Assembly: GCA_038087875.1 (NCBI GenBank)
Contig: CM075991.1
Location: 7,752,001 to 7,816,000 of the forward strand
Direction of reading: 5' to 3'
DNA length: 64,000 nt
DNA from: Malacoraja senta
Taxonomy: Eukaryota
A program made the position numbers and the translations under genes. The notes below the pieces were generated by a model. The model saw only the letters and a list, made by a program, of their open reading frames with translations. It made no database searches and was not told where the DNA came from. Positions 11,165-24,408 of the stretch are shown one piece after another. Numbering within the stretch: the stretch's first letter is position 1; each line of letters begins with the position of its first letter.

Positions 11165-14100
11165 CAGGGGGATGGGTGCAAGAGCAGAGAGGCAGGGGGG
11201 TGTAAAATGAGGGTAGAAGCAATAGGTAGCAAGGTGAAAGGTAAAAGTGGCAGGCAGACAAAACCAGGGCAAAAATCAAAAAGGGCCACTTTTCAACATA
11301 ATTGTATAAGTGGTAAGAGTGTTGTAAAGACAAGCCTGAAGGTTTTGTATCTTAATGCAAGGAGCATTCATAATAAGGTGGATGAGTTGAATGTGCAGAT
11401 AGTTATTAATGAATATGATATAGTTGGGATCACGGAGACATGGCTCCAGGGTGACCAAGGCTGGGAGCTGAACATTCAGGGATATTCAATATTCAGGAGG
11501 GATAGACAGAAAGGAAAAGGAGGCGGGGTAGCGTTGCTGGTTAGAGAGGAGATTAACGCAATAGAAAGGAAGGACATTAGCTTGGAGGATGTGGAATCGA
11601 TATGGGTAGAGCTGCGAAACACTAAGGGGCAGAAAACGCTAGTGGGAGTTGTGTACAGGCCACCTAGCAGTAGTAGTGAAGTTGGGGATGGCATCAAACA
11701 GGAAATTAGAAACGCGTGCAACAAAGGTAAAACCATTATAATGGGTGACTTCAATCTACATATAGATTGGGTGAATCAAATTGGCAGGGGTGCTGAGGAA
11801 GAGGATTTCTTGGAATGTATGCGGGATAGTTATCTAAACCAACATGTAGAGGAACCAACGAGAGAGCAGGCTATTCTAGACTGGGTATTGAGTAATGAGG
11901 AAGGGTTAGTTAGCAGTCTTGTTGTGCGTGGCCCCTTGGGCAAGAGTGACCATAATATGGTTGAGTTCTTCATGAGGATGGAGAGTGACATTGTTAATTC
12001 AGAAACAAAGGTCCTGAACTTAAAGAAAGGTGACTTTGAGGGTATGAGACGTGAATTGGCCAAGATAGACTGGCCAATGATTCTTAAAGGGTTGACGGTG
12101 GATATGCAATGGAAGGCATTTAAAAACTGCATGGATGAACTACAACAAGTGTTCATCCCAGTTTGGCAAAAGAATAAATCAGGGAAGGTAGTGCATCCGT
12201 GGATAACAAGGGAAATCAGGGATAGTAACAAAACAAAAGAGGAAGCCTACAAATTAGCCAGAACAAGCAGCCTACCAGAGGACTGGGAGAAATTCAGAGT
12301 CCAGCAGAGGAGGACAAAAGGCTTAATTAGGAAAGGGAAAATAGATTATGAAAGAAAACTGGCAGGGAACATAAAAACTGACTGCAAAAGTTTTTATAGA
12401 TATGTCAAGAGGAAAAGATTAGTTAAAACAAATGTAGGTCCCTTGCAGTCAGAAACAGGCGAATTGATCATGGGGAACAAGGACATGGCAGACCAATTGA
12501 ATAATTACTTTGGTTCTGTCTTCACTAAGGAAGACATAAATAATCTGCCGGAAATAGCAAGGGACTGGGGGTTAAATGAGATGGAGGAACTGAGTGAAAT
12601 CCAGGTTAGCCGGGAAGTGGTGTTAGGTAAATTGAATGGATTAAAGGCCGATAAATCCCAGGGCCGGATAAGTTGCATCCCAGAGTACTTAAGGAAGTAG
12701 CTCCAGAAATAGTGGATGCATTCGTGATAATTTTTCAAAACTCTTTAGATTCTGGAGTAGTTCCTGAGGACTGGAGGGTACCTAATGTAACCCCACTTTT
12801 TAAAAAGGGAGGGAGAGAGAAAACGAGGAATTACAGACCAGTTAGTCTAACATCGGTGGTGGGGAAAATTCTGGAGTCATTTATTAAAGATGGGATAGCA
12901 GCACATTTGGAAAGTGGTGAGTTCATTGGACAAAGTCAGCATGGATTTATGAAAGGTAAATCATGTCTGACGAATCTTATAGAATTTTTCGAGGATGTAA
13001 CTAGTAGAGTGGATAAGGGAGAACCAGTGGATGTGTTATATCTGGACTTTCAGAAGGCTTTCGACAAGGTCCCACATAAGAGATTAGCATACAAACTTAA
13101 AGCACATGGTATTGGGGGTTCAGTATTGATGTGGATAGAGAACTGGCTGGCAGACAGGAAGCAAAGAGTAGGAGTAAACGGGTCCTTTTCAGAATGGCAG
13201 GCAGTGACTGGTGGGGTACCGCAAGGCTCAGTGCTGGGACCCCAGCTATTTACAATATATATTACTGATCTGGATGAGGGAATTGAATGCAACATCTCCA
13301 AGTTTGCGGATGACACGAAGCTGGGGGGCAGTGTTAGCTGTGAGGAGGATGCTAGGAGGCTGCAAGGTGACTTGGATAGGTTGGGTGAGTGGGCAAAGGC
13401 AAGGCAGATGCAGTATAATGTGGATATTGTGAGGTTATCCACTTTGGTGGCAAAAACAGGAAAGTAGACTATTATCTGAATGGTGGCCGATTAGGAAAAG
13501 GGGAGATGCAATGGGACCTGGGTGTCATGGTACACCAGTCATTGAAAGTAGGAATGCAGGTGCAGCAGGCAGTGAAGAAAGCAAATGGTATGTTAGCATT
13601 CATAGCAAAAGGATTTGAGTATAAGAGCAGGGAGGTTCTACTGCAGTTGTACAGGGTCTTGGTGAGACCACACCTGGAGTATTGCGTACAGTTTTGGTCT
13701 CCTAATCTGAGGAAAGACATTCTTGCCATAGAGGGAGTACAGAGAAGGTTCACCAGACTGATTCCTGGGATGGCAGGACTTTCATATGAGGAAAGACTGG
13801 ATAGACTCGGCTTGTACACGTTGGAATTCAGAAGATTGAGGGGGGATCTTATAGAAACTTACAAAATTCTTATGGGGTTGGACAGGCTAGATGCAGGAAG
13901 ATTATTCCCGATGTTTGGGAAGTCCAGAACTAGGGGTCACAGTTTAAGGATAAGAGGGAAGACTTTTAGGACCGAGATGAGGAAATCATTTTTTACACAG
14001 AGAGTGGTGAATCTGTGGAATTCTCTGCCACAGAAGGTAGTTGAGGTCAGTTCATTGGCTATATTTAAGAGGGAGTTAGATGTGGCCCTTGTGGCTAAAG

Positions 14101-14237
14101 GGATCAGGGGGTATGGAGAGAAGGCAGGGATGGGATACTGAGTTGGATGATCAGCCATGATCATATCAAATGGCAGTGCAGGCTAGAAGGGCCGAATGGC
14201 CTACTCCTGCACCTATTTTCTATGTTTATGTTTCTAT
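11165..14237 (+). mobile_element. 5'-truncated CR1 LINE containing an entire ORF2
   Basis: APE endonuclease (LNARS, GITETWL, GDFN, SDH) and RT (QGSVLGP, FADD); CR1 3' UTR and tail. Confidence 0.95.
11207..14141 (+). pseudogene. CR1 ORF2 (endonuclease-reverse transcriptase) with two frameshifts
   Basis: ORF pieces 11162-12700, 12673-13467, 13506-14141; 1-nt deletions near 12657 and 13426 relative to the sister copies. Confidence 0.9.
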
Positions 14238-14309
14238 CCCAAAGCCGCTGCCAAGACAATGGGTGACGGAGAAAGGGGCTGTGGAGTGTTCGACTACTGC
14301 TTTCATGTA

Positions 14310-14492
14310 CAGACGCTCCCCTATTTCCGATGTTTCGACTTACGATATTTCGACTTTACGATCGGCAAACGCTTGGCAACTGCAGCGAGCCGCACGACAC
14401 TTCCGGTCACATAATTGCATTGTATTAGATGCGTTTTCGACTTGCGATATTTTGGGTTTACGATGGGTTCATCGGAACGTGACCCTATCGTA
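14310..14492. mobile_element. Tigger/pogo (Golem-like) non-autonomous DNA transposon, right end truncated
   Basis: TA-CAGACGCTCC start, repeated TTCGACTTACGAT motifs, end region resembling Tigger3 termini (from memory). Confidence 0.55.
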
Positions 14493-14555
14493 CCTGGATT
14501 GATGATGGCAGCGGATTCATTTTTCTGCCCCCCCCCCCCCCCCCCCCAAATCCCC

Positions 14556-14979
14556 CGCACAATGGTGCAGCGGTAGAGTTGCTGCCTCACAGCACCTGGG
14601 CTCCTTCCTGACTACGGGTGCTATCTGTATGTAGTTTGTACGTGACTGCAAACAGAAGTTAGAGAACACCAACACCAAGAGCAGCACAGTGGCGCAACAG
14701 TAGAGTTTCTGCCTTGCAGTGCCAGTGACCCAGGTTCGATCCTAACCTCGGGTGCTGTCAGTACAGATTTGAACCTTCTCTCTGCGACTGCGTTGTTTTT
14801 TTGCGGGTGCTCCAGCTTCTTCCCACATTCTAAAGATGTACAGGGTTGTAGGTTAATTAACTTCTGTAAATTGGCCCTGGTTTGTAGGACGGGACTAGTG
14901 TATGGGTGATCGATGGTCGGCACGGATTTGCTGGGTCGAATGGCCTGAGTCCATGCTGTATCTCTAAACTAGACTAAAC
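14556..14979 (+). mobile_element. HE1-like V-SINE (partial head 14556-14650, full copy 14681-14979)
   Basis: A box ggcgcaacagtag, B box ggttcgatcc, V domain, ctaaac tail. Confidence 0.85.
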
Positions 14980-15443
14980 CCTTGGTCTGTGTGTCATGCG
15001 TAAGCCTGCTTTTCTTAGGAGTACCTTGGAACATTAAACGTGTTAAAATAATGAATTTGATAAGAAACAGAGTGAAAATCAGTAAATGATTCACTGCAGG
15101 TTTTAAAGCCGTTTTAAAAGGATCATTATTAAATATTGGACGAGACACATGCAAGATGCTATATTTCTATTGGGAAATCAGTTTTCAGTTTGTATGATGT
15201 ATATAAATGTGGGGAGCACTCTGGTGCAGCTAGCTGAGCTGCTGCCTCGCAGCTTCAATCCTGACTTCCAGTGCTGCGTGTGTGGAGTTTGCACGTTCTC
15301 CCCGTGACTGTGTGGGTTTTCTCCTGGCCCCTTCTCTCATCCCAAAGATTTGTGGCTTGATGACTGGTAAGCAAGTGATAGAATCCGGGGGAGAAGGCCG
15401 TGTTTGATGGAATGTGAGATGATTCGGGTAAAAATGACAAAGT

Positions 15444-15910
15444 GAATTCCCGGGATGGCGGGACTGTCATATGCTGAGAGAATGAAGCAGCTGGGCTTGT
15501 ACACTCTGGAGTTTAGAAGGATGAGAGGTGATCTTATTGAAACATATAAGATTGTTAAGGGTTTGGACACGCTGGAGGCAGGAAACATGTTGCCGATGTT
15601 GGGGGAGTCCAGAACCAGGGGCCACAGTTTAAGAATAAGGGGGAAGCCATTTAGAACGGAGACGAGGAAACACTTTTTCTCACCGAGAGTTGTGAGTCTG
15701 TGGAATTCTCTGCCTCGGAGGGCGGTGTAGGCAGGTTCTCTGGATGCTTTCAAGAGAGAGCTGGATAGGGCTCTTAAAGATAGCAGAGTCGGGGGATATG
15801 GGGAGAAGGCAGGAACGGGGTACTGATTGGGGATGATCAGCCATAATCACATTGAATGGCGTTGCTGGCTCGAAGGGCCGAATGGCCTACTCCTGAACCT
15901 ATTGTCTATT
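15444..15910 (+). mobile_element. CR1 3' fragment (TTGTCTA-tail subfamily) lying between SINE pieces
   Basis: MAGLSYAERMKQLGLYTLEFRRMRGDLIETYK; SINE sequence at 15212-15330 and 16040-16232. Confidence 0.85.
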
Positions 15911-16397
15911 GGCACAAAAATTAGTGCTTGGTGATCGGAGTGGACATGGTGGGCTAAAGGGCCAGTGTCCCTTAGACTTTAGAGACTTCAGCCCATCGAG
16001 TCCCCACCGACTAGTGATCACTCTGTCCACCAGCACTACCAGGTATCCTGGTTTCCTCCCACATCTAAAAGGCACGTGGATTTGTCAGTTAATTGGCCTC
16101 TGTAAATTATCCTCTGTGCGTTGGCAGTGGATAAGAAAGTGGGATAACATAAAACTAGTATGAACGGGTGGTTGTTGCTGGCACGGACACGGTGGGATGA
16201 AAGGCCTTTTTCCATAGTGTCTCTCTAAACACAACAAAATGATAAAAAAAAATCCCATTGAACATGAGAGACAAAATGGCAATAGAGTTAAACAAAAATG
16301 TCTCTGTTGGGATCCTATTCCCTACATCAGGGATCAGTTGGCAACACTGCTTTGATTTGGAGGTTATTAAGTTGAATGGTCACAAAAAGGCTTAGAT

Positions 16398-16590
16398 CAG
16401 GAATTCCCAACCTGGGGTAAATTTCTAGATTCTAGATTTGTACATATTTTTTCTCATTGACTGACTGTGTTTGGTTCTGGTATACTGGTATCTGTTCATC
16501 ATTAGTTGTTCATAAATAAGTGAAATAACATTGTTATGTGCTATTAAAGTTGCCGGGGGTAAACGGGACAAAAAAGTTTGGGAAGCCCTG
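16398..16590. mobile_element. hAT/Charlie-like MITE inserted in a CR1 fragment
   Basis: TIRs CAGGAATTCCCAAC / GTTTGGGAAGCCCTG; degenerate 8-bp flanks GCTTAGAT / ACCAAGAC; CR1 continues to about 16921. Confidence 0.6.
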
Positions 16591-17736
16591 ACCAAGACAG
16601 AGTGGATGTGAAGATGTTTCCTCAAATGGGAGATTTGAGGACAAGAGGGCACAGCCTCAGAATAAAAGGACGTACCTTTAGAATGGAGACGAGGAAGAAT
16701 TTCTTTAGCCAGAGGGTGTTGAATTTGTGGAATTTATTTACACCAACAGCAGTGGAGGCCAAGTGATTGGGTATTTATAAAGCAGGGATTGATAGGTTCT
16801 TGATTAGAAAGGGCATCATATGGGGAGAATGGAGAGGGAAATATCAATCAGCCATGATTGAACGGCAGAGCAGACTCAATGGGCCGAATGGCTTAATTTT
16901 GCTCCGATGTCTTATGGTCTTGAAAGGATTTGGTTTTGTGATCTATGACTGCTGTATAACAGTGAGGCAGTACAACATTAGTGAGCAGGGTGTTTATGAA
17001 GGAACTGCAGATGCTGGAAAATCGAAGGTAGACAAAAATGCTGGAGAAACTCAGCAGGTGAGGCAGCATCAGTGTACAGGTCCCAGCTCTTTAGATAAAA
17101 TGAGTCTCTGTGTTCTATTTTTAAAACAAAGAATATATGTTATTTTCTTACACTGTTTAATAATTGTGATCAGAGGAGAAAAAAAAATTTGAGAAAATGT
17201 TTAATTAAATCAGGGTATTTTGTGCTGGATTCAAGTCAGCTGTTTACCTCGGACTGAAAATTATACATTTTTCCTGACTGCTGCTTAAGTCGCTCAACAT
17301 TGAAGGAACAGCGTGGAATAAACATCACAGCTCTGCCTGTTCACTATTAGTTCTGCTTTGATGGTTGTTGTATTTCAACATCTTATCCTGAAAGCTATAT
17401 TTCAAGAGAGCAGGCCATGTACTGGGTGACAGAAGGGTGGTTTTCCATCCCCGTAACCGTAAATCCTTCTCAATTCCACATAAATTCTAGTTTCTGCATA
17501 TCAATCGAGTTTTTGTGCATTCTGATATTTAATCAATGGCTTTTCCTTCTGCCCTGTGCGTTTTATTGTTCTCGAGTTCCGCTCATTGAATGGTGTGACA
17601 TGCACCACCATTAAGTTGGTGTGAGGTGCGATTGGGGACTACCTGTTGCCAGTAAACATGTTGACTACTGTCACCAGTCGGCGCCACCTTTCACCCTTGT
17701 CCAGTAGGGAGTACGAGCACAGATTTTGCTTCCTGA

Positions 17737-18353
17737 AGGGCCTGTCCCACTTGGACGACCTAATCCACGAGTTTAGAAGACCCGAGACGAGTTGAAAAAA
17801 GGTCTGGTTGTTTTGACTCGCCGAAGTAAAAGACCTCCTACGACTATGTCTACGACCTCCTACGACTATGTCTACGACCTCCCACGACTATGTCTACGAC
17901 CTCCCATGACTGTCTACGACCTCCTACGACTATGTCTACGACCTCCTATGACCCCCCTCGACCTCAGTCTTCCACACCTAAGACCAACTACGACTAGCTA
18001 CGAGTGGAAAATTATCACATGATAAAATGATGTCATGTTTGCCTTTTTTTTCTCGGGCCAGTTACCGACCTACGACTACCCACGACCTATTACAACCTAC
18101 CTACGACCTACCTACGATTAAAAAGTATCGATTTTTTTCCATGCCGACCTTTTTTTTACTTGTGGACATTTTTTATCAGGCTGGAAAAAATGCCGCAACC
18201 TACTTGAGACCACGAGTACGCGGAGACCACTCACGAGCATGAGGAAGAGTTACGAAGACCTCCTACGACCTTGTGGCGACCATGCTGCGAGTATGAGTCA
18301 AGGACAAACTCGGCAGAGGTCGCCAATTAGGTCGTGAAAGTGGGACAGTGGCT
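17737..18353. mobile_element. Harbinger-like MITE, long variant with an internal 22-bp minisatellite
   Basis: AGGGCCTGTCCCACTT...AAGTGGGACAGTGGCT; flanks TGA/TAA; about 5 copies of ACGACCTCCTACGACTATGTCT at 17832-17950. Confidence 0.8.
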
Positions 18354-18573
18354 TAACAAAGTGGTTGAGCAACTATTTAAATGTAGAAACAAGGAACTGC
18401 GCATGCTGGTTTAAAAGACACAACATGCTGAAATAAATCAGTGGGTCAGGCAGCATTTCAGGAGAAAATAGATAGGTGATGCTTTGGGTTGGGAGCCTTC
18501 TTCTGGTTGATTGATGGGGGGAGTGGGTACGAAAGCTGGAAGAGAAGAGGGGCAGGCCAAAGGCTGACACATA

Positions 18574-19750
18574 CAGTGCACTCCATAATGTTTGGGACAA
18601 AGACCCATCATTTATTTATTTGCCTCTGTACTCCACAATTTGAGATTTGAAATAGAAAAGAATCACATGTGGTTAAAGCGCACATTGTCAGATTTTTATA
18701 CATTTTGGTTTCACCAGGTAAAAATGACAGCATTGTTTATACAAAGTCCCCCCCATTTCAGGGCACCATAATGTTTGGGACACAGCAATGTCATGTAAAT
18801 GAAAGTGGTCATGTTTAGTATTTTGTTGCATATCCTTAGCATGCAATGACGGCTTGAAGTCTGCGATTCATGGACATCACCAGTTGCTGGGCGTCTTCTC
18901 TGGTGATGCTCTGCCAGGCCTGTATTGCACCCATCTTTAGCTTATGCTTGTTTTGGGGGCTAGTCCCCTTCAGTTTTCTCTTCAGCATTTAAAAGGCATG
19001 CTCAATTGGGGTCAGATCGGGTGATTGACTTGGCCACTCAAGAATTGACCATTTTGTAGCTGAAAAACTCCTTTGTTGCTTTAGCAGTATGTTTGGGATC
19101 ATTGTCTTGCTGTAGAATGAACTGCCGGCCACTGAGTTTTGAGGCATTTGTTTGAACTTGAGCAGATAGGATGTGTCTATACACTTCAGAATTCATTATT
19201 CTACTACCATCAGCAGTTGTATCATCAATGAAGTTAAGTGAGCCAGTACCAGCAGTCATACATGCCCAGGCCATAACACCCCCACCACCGTGTTTCACAG
19301 ATGAGGTGGTATGCTTTGGATCTTGGGCAGTTCCTTCTCTCCTCCACACTTTACTCTTGCCATCACTCTGATACAAGTTAATCTTCGTCTCATCTGTCCA
19401 CAAGACCATTTTCCAGAACTGTGGTTGCTCTTTTAAGTACTTCTTGGCAAACTGTAACCCGGCCATCCTATTTTTGCGGCTAACCAGTGGTTTGCATCTT
19501 GCAGTGTAGCCTCTGTATTTCTGTTCATGAAGTCTTCTGCGGACAGTGGTCATTGACAAATCCACACCTGACTCCTGAAGAGTGTCTCTACATGGTGAAA
19601 CCAAAATGTATCAAAATGGCCTTTAATAAAATCTGACAATGTGCACTTTAACCACATGTGATTTTTTTCTATTACAAATCTCAAATTGTGCAGTACAGAG
19701 GCAAATAAATAAATGATGGGTCTTTGTCCCAAACATTATGGAGGGCACAG
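18574..19750 (-). mobile_element. Tc1-like (IR/DR) DNA transposon, internally deleted
   Basis: TA flanks (18572-73, 19751-52); TIRs over 120 bp starting CAGTGC; inner direct repeat near 18762-18783. Confidence 0.95.
18815..19589 (-). pseudogene. Tc1 DD34E-type transposase pseudogene lacking the N-terminus
   Basis: WTDETK, QQDNDPKH, SPDLTPIE, YATKY* motifs; frameshift near 19060. Confidence 0.9.
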
Positions 19751-19789
19751 TAATAGGCGGATATTTAGACTTTAGGTTAAAGTCTAAAG

Positions 19790-20032
19790 GTGGATATATG
19801 TGAGGAGGGGACTTCTCAGATGTCCAGAATGGAAAGTGACATATTGGGAGCAGATGCGTGGAGATGGAGAAATTGAGAGTAGGGGGGGATGACGGGCTTT
19901 GCGAGAGGTGGATTTGTCGTAGACATCAGGTGCCAGTCTGACCCTAGTGGTGGAGATGGAGAGATGAGGAAAAAGTAAAAGAGAGGTGTCAAAGAAAATC
20001 CATGCAAATTTGAGGGCAGGATAGAAGCTATT
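19790..20032 (-). pseudogene. Old Penelope RT fragment, continuing at 24661-24670 and 25658-25770
   Basis: SFYPALKFAWIFFDTSL...PYSQFL joins LFLRYLDDFIRAELLDCINF once the insertions are removed. Confidence 0.7.
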
Positions 20033-20132
20033 ACATAGATACATAGATACATAGAAAATAGGTGCAGGAGTAGGCCATTCGGCCCTTCGAGCCTGCACCG
20101 CCATTCAATACGATCATGGCTGATCATCCAAC

Positions 20133-23070
20133 TCAGTATCCCGTACCTGCCTTCTCTCCATACCCCCTGACCCCTTTAGCCACAAGGGCCACATCTAATT
20201 CCCTCTTAAATATAGCCAATGAACTGGCCTCAACTACCCTCTGTGGCAGAGAGTTCCAGAGATTCACCACTCTCTGTGTGAAAAAGTTTTTCCTCATCTC
20301 GGTCTTAAAGGATTTCCCCCTTATCCTTAAGCTGTGACCCCTTGTCCTGGACTTCCCCAACATCGGGAACAATCTTCCTGCATCTAGCCTGTCCAACCCC
20401 ATAAGAATTTTGTACGTTTCTATAAGATCCCCTATCAATCTCCTAAATTCTAGCGAGTATAAGCCAAGTCTATCCAGTCTTTCTTCATATGAAAGTCCTG
20501 ACATCCCAGGAATCAGTCTGGTGAACCTTCTCTGCACTCCCTCTATGGCTATAATGTCCTTCCTCAGATTTGGAGACCAAAACTGTACGCAATACTCCAG
20601 GTGTGGTCTCACCAAGACCCTGTACAACTGCAGTAGAACCTCCCTGCTCCTATACTCAAATCCTCTTGCTATGAAGGCCAACATACCATTCACTTTCTTC
20701 ACTGCCTGCTGCACCTGCATGCCTACTTTCAATGACTGGTGTACCATGACACGCAGGTCTCGCTGCATCTCCCCATTTCCTCATCGGCCACCATTTAGAT
20801 AATAGTCTGCCTTCCCGTTTTTGCTACCAAAGTGGATAACCTCACATTTATCCACATTATACTGCATCTGCCAAACATTTGCCCACTCACCCAACCTATC
20901 CAAGTCACCTTGCAGTCTCCTAGCATCCTCCTCACAGCTAACACTGCTCCCCAGCTTAGTGTCATCCGCAAACTTGGAGATGTTGCTTTCAATTCCCTCG
21001 TCCAGATCATTAATATAAATTGTAAATAGCTGGGGTCCCAGCACTGAGCCTTGCGGTACCCCACTAGTCACTGGCTGCCATTGTGAAAAGGACCCGTTTA
21101 CTCCTACTCTTTGCTTCCTGTTTGCCAGCCAGTTCTCTATCCACATCAATACTGAACCCCCAATACCGTGTGATTTAAGTTTGTATCCTAATCTCTTATG
21201 TGGTACCTTGTCGAAAGCCTTCTGAAAGTCCAGATACAACACATCCACTGGTTCTCCCCTATCCACTCTACTAGTTACATCCTCGAAAAATTCTATAAGA
21301 TTCGTCAGACACGATTTACCTTTCGTAAATCCATGCTGACTTTGTCCAATGATTTCACCACTTTCCAAATGTGCTGCTATCCCATCTTTAATAACTGACT
21401 CTAGCAGTTTCCCCAATACCGATGTTAGACTAACTGGTCTGTAATTCCCCGTTTTCTCTCTCCCTCCCTTCTTAAAAAGTGGGGTTACGTTTGCTACCCT
21501 CCAATCCTCAGGAACTACTCCAGAATCTAAAGAGTTTTGAAAAATTATCACTAATGCATCCACTATTTCTGGAGCTACTTCCTTAAGTACTCTGGGATGC
21601 AGCCTATCTGGCCCTGGTGATTTATCGGCCTTTAATCCATTCAATTTACCCAACACCACTTCCCGACTAACCTGGATTTCACTCGGTTCCTCCATCTCCT
21701 TTGACCCGCGGCCCCCTGCTATTTCCGGCAGATTATTTATGTCTTCCTTAGTGAAGACGGAACCAAAGTAGTTATTCAATTGGTCTGCCATATCCTTGTT
21801 CCCCATGATCAATTCACCTGTTTCTGACTGCAAGGGACCTACATTTGATTTAACTAATCTCTTTCTCTTCACATATCTATAAAAACTTTTGCAGTCAGTT
21901 TTTATGTTCCCTGCCAGTTTCCTTTCATAATCTATTTTCCCTTTCCTAATTAAGCCCTTTGTCCTCCTCTGCTGGTCTCTGAATTTCTCCCAGTCCTCTG
22001 GTATGCTGCTTTTTCTGGCTAATTTGTATGCATCATCTTTTGCTTTGATACTATCCCTGATTTCCCTTGTTATCCACGGATGCACTACCTTCCTTGATTT
22101 ATTCTTTTGCCAAACTGGGATGAACAATTTTTGTAGTTCATCCATGCAGTCTTTAAATGCCTTCCATTGCATATCCACCGTCAACCCTTTTAGAACTAAT
22201 TGCCAGTCAATCTTGGCCAATTCACGTCTCATACCCTCAAAGTTACCTTTCTTTAAGTTCAGAACCGTTGTTTCTGAATTAACAATGTCACTCTCCATCC
22301 TAATGAAGAACTCAACCATATTATGATCACTCTTGCCCAAGGGGGCACGCACAACAAGCCTGCTAACTAACCCTTCCTCATTACTCAATACCCAGTCTAG
22401 AATAGCCTGCTCTCTCGTTGGTTCCTCTACATGTTGGTTTAGATAACTATCCCTCATACATTCCAAGAAATCCTCTTCCTCAGCACCCCTGCCAATTTGA
22501 TTCACCCAATCTATATGTAGATTGAAGTCACCCATTATAACTGTTTTGCCTTTGTTGCACGCATTTCTAATTTCCTGTTTGATGCCATCCCCAACTTCAC
22601 TACTACTGCTAGGTGGCCTGTACACAACACCCACCAGCGTTTTCTGCCCCTTAGTGTTTCGCAGCTCTACCCATACCGATTCCACATCCTCCAAGCTAAT
22701 GTCCTTCCTTTCCACTGCGTTAATCTCCTCTCTAACCAGCAACGCTACCCCACCTCCTTTTCCTTTCTCTCTATCCCTCCTGAATATTGAATATCCCTGG
22801 ATGTTCAGCTCCCAGCCTTGGTCACCTTGGAGCCATGTCTCCGTGATCCCAACTATATCATAATCATTAATTGCTATCTGCACGTTCAACTCATCCACCT
22901 TATTACGAATGCTCCTTGCATTGAGACACAAAGCCTTCAGGCTTGTTTTTACAACGCTCTTACCCCTTATACAATTATGTTGAAAAGTGGCTCTTTTTGA
23001 TTTTTGCCCTGGATTTGTCTGCCTGCCACTTTTACCTTTTCACCTTGCTACCTATTGCTTCCGCCCGCAT
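20133..23070 (-). pseudogene. CR1 ORF2 (EN-RT) with one +1 frameshift and one nonsense codon
   Basis: Extra base near 23036 versus the 11207 copy; TTA>TGA at 20781-20783 versus the 27763 copy, downstream part in the same frame. Confidence 0.9.
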
Positions 23071-23249
23071 TTTACACCCCTCTGTTTCTCTGCTCACCCA
23101 TTTAAGAACCCCACCACCTCTTATTCTCTGTTTATTATTGTTTTCTTCTTTCCCCCCTACATGTTGGGTCTGAGTGCTTTCCTTCTCTGCCTCCTGCCTC
23201 ACACACTGTCTAATAGCATTCTCTATTTGAGTCCCTCCCCCCAACCATT

Positions 23250-24275
23250 CTAGTTTAAAGTCTCCCCAGTAGCCTTTGCAGATCTCCCCACCAGGATATC
23301 GGTCCCCCTCAGGTTCAAGTGCAACCCATCCTTTTTGTACAGGTCGAACCTTCCACAAAAGAGGTCCCAATGATCCAGAAATTTGAATCCCTGCCTTCTG
23401 CACCAGTCCTTCAGCCACGCATTTATCCTCCACCTCGCTCCATTCCTACTCTCACTGTCGCGTGGTACAGGCAGTAATCCCGAGATTGTTACCTTTGCTG
23501 TCCTTCTCTTTAACTCCCCTCCTAACTCCCTAAATTCTCCTTTCAGGACCTCTTCTCTTTTTTTACTTATGTCATTGGTACCTATATGTATCACGACCTC
23601 GGGCTCCTCTCCCTGCCCTTTCAGGATGTCTTGGACACGTTGAGACACATCACAGACCCTGGCACCAGGGAGGCAAACTACCATCCGGGTCTCCTGACTG
23701 CGTCCACAGAATCGCCTGTCTGACCCCCTAACTATAGAGTCCCCTATTAATATTGCCCTCCTCTTCTTTTCCTTACCCTTCTGAGCAACAGGACCGGTCT
23801 CTATACCGGAGGCCCGGCCGCTGTCGCTACCCCCAGGTAGGCTGTCCACCCCAACAGTGCTCAAACAGGAGTACTTATTGTCAAGGTGTACAGCCACCGG
23901 GGTACTCTCTAGTCCCTGCCTGTGCCCCTTGCCTCTCCCAACCGTGATCCACTTGCCTGCCTCCTGTGGTGTTGGAGTGACCACCTCCCTGTAACTCCTC
24001 TCAATGACTTCCTCGCTCTCCCTGACCAGACGGAGGTCATCGAGCTGCTGCTCCAGGTTCCTAATACGGTCCATTAGGAGCCCCATCTCGATACACCTGG
24101 CGCAGATGTGGATGTCTGGGGGGCTATCAGACTCCATGACTTCCCACATCTGACATCCAGAACAGTAAACTGCCCTGGCCCTCATACTCCCCTTACCCTG
24201 GATATAATACATCTGACATCCAGAACAGTAAACTGCCCTGGCCCTCATACTCCCCTTACCCTGGATACAATACAA
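23250..24275 (-). CDS. CR1 ORF1p: zinc finger + coiled coil + SGNH esterase-like domain
   Basis: CxxC...CxxC, LEQQLDDLR heptads, GDSIVR, CLPGA, HIGTND, DGLHLN; uninterrupted frame; real start probably at MRARAVYC. Confidence 0.9.
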   Translation of the reverse strand: MYCIQGKGSMRARAVYCSGCQMYYIQGKGSMRARAVYCSGCQMWEVMESDSPPDIHICARCIEMGLLMDRIRNLEQQLDDLRLVRESEEVIERSYREVVTPTPQEAGKWITVGRGKGHRQGLESTPVAVHLDNKYSCLSTVGVDSLPGGSDSGRASGIETGPVAQKGKEKKRRAILIGDSIVRGSDRRFCGRSQETRMVVCLPGARVCDVSQRVQDILKGQGEEPEVVIHIGTNDISKKREEVLKGEFRELGGELKRRTAKVTISGLLPVPRDSESRNGARWRINAWLKDWCRRQGFKFLDHWDLFCGRFDLYKKDGLHLNLRGTDILVGRSAKATGETLN

Positions 24276-24408
24276 AACAAGCTGCTACAATACAGTACAA
24301 TCAGCAGGGATCTGACTCCCAATCAGCTGCTCCCTCTTGTCTGCGTCCACCAATCAGCGGCTTCCTCAAACCCACTTGTTTTTGAAGTGGAACGTTGCTG
24401 ATTTGGGT

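Noticed and set aside
13472..13819. Recurrent antisense ORFs in CR1 copies (also 20410-20802, 28620-29012)
   Set aside because: They recur only because the copies are near-identical; shadow frames of ORF2
14681..14760. tRNA gene
   Set aside because: A/B boxes belong to tRNA-derived SINE heads followed by the V domain; no full cloverleaf
17832..17950. CRISPR-like appearance of short repeats (also 24409-24660)
   Set aside because: Contiguous tandem units without unique spacers, no cas genes, eukaryotic context
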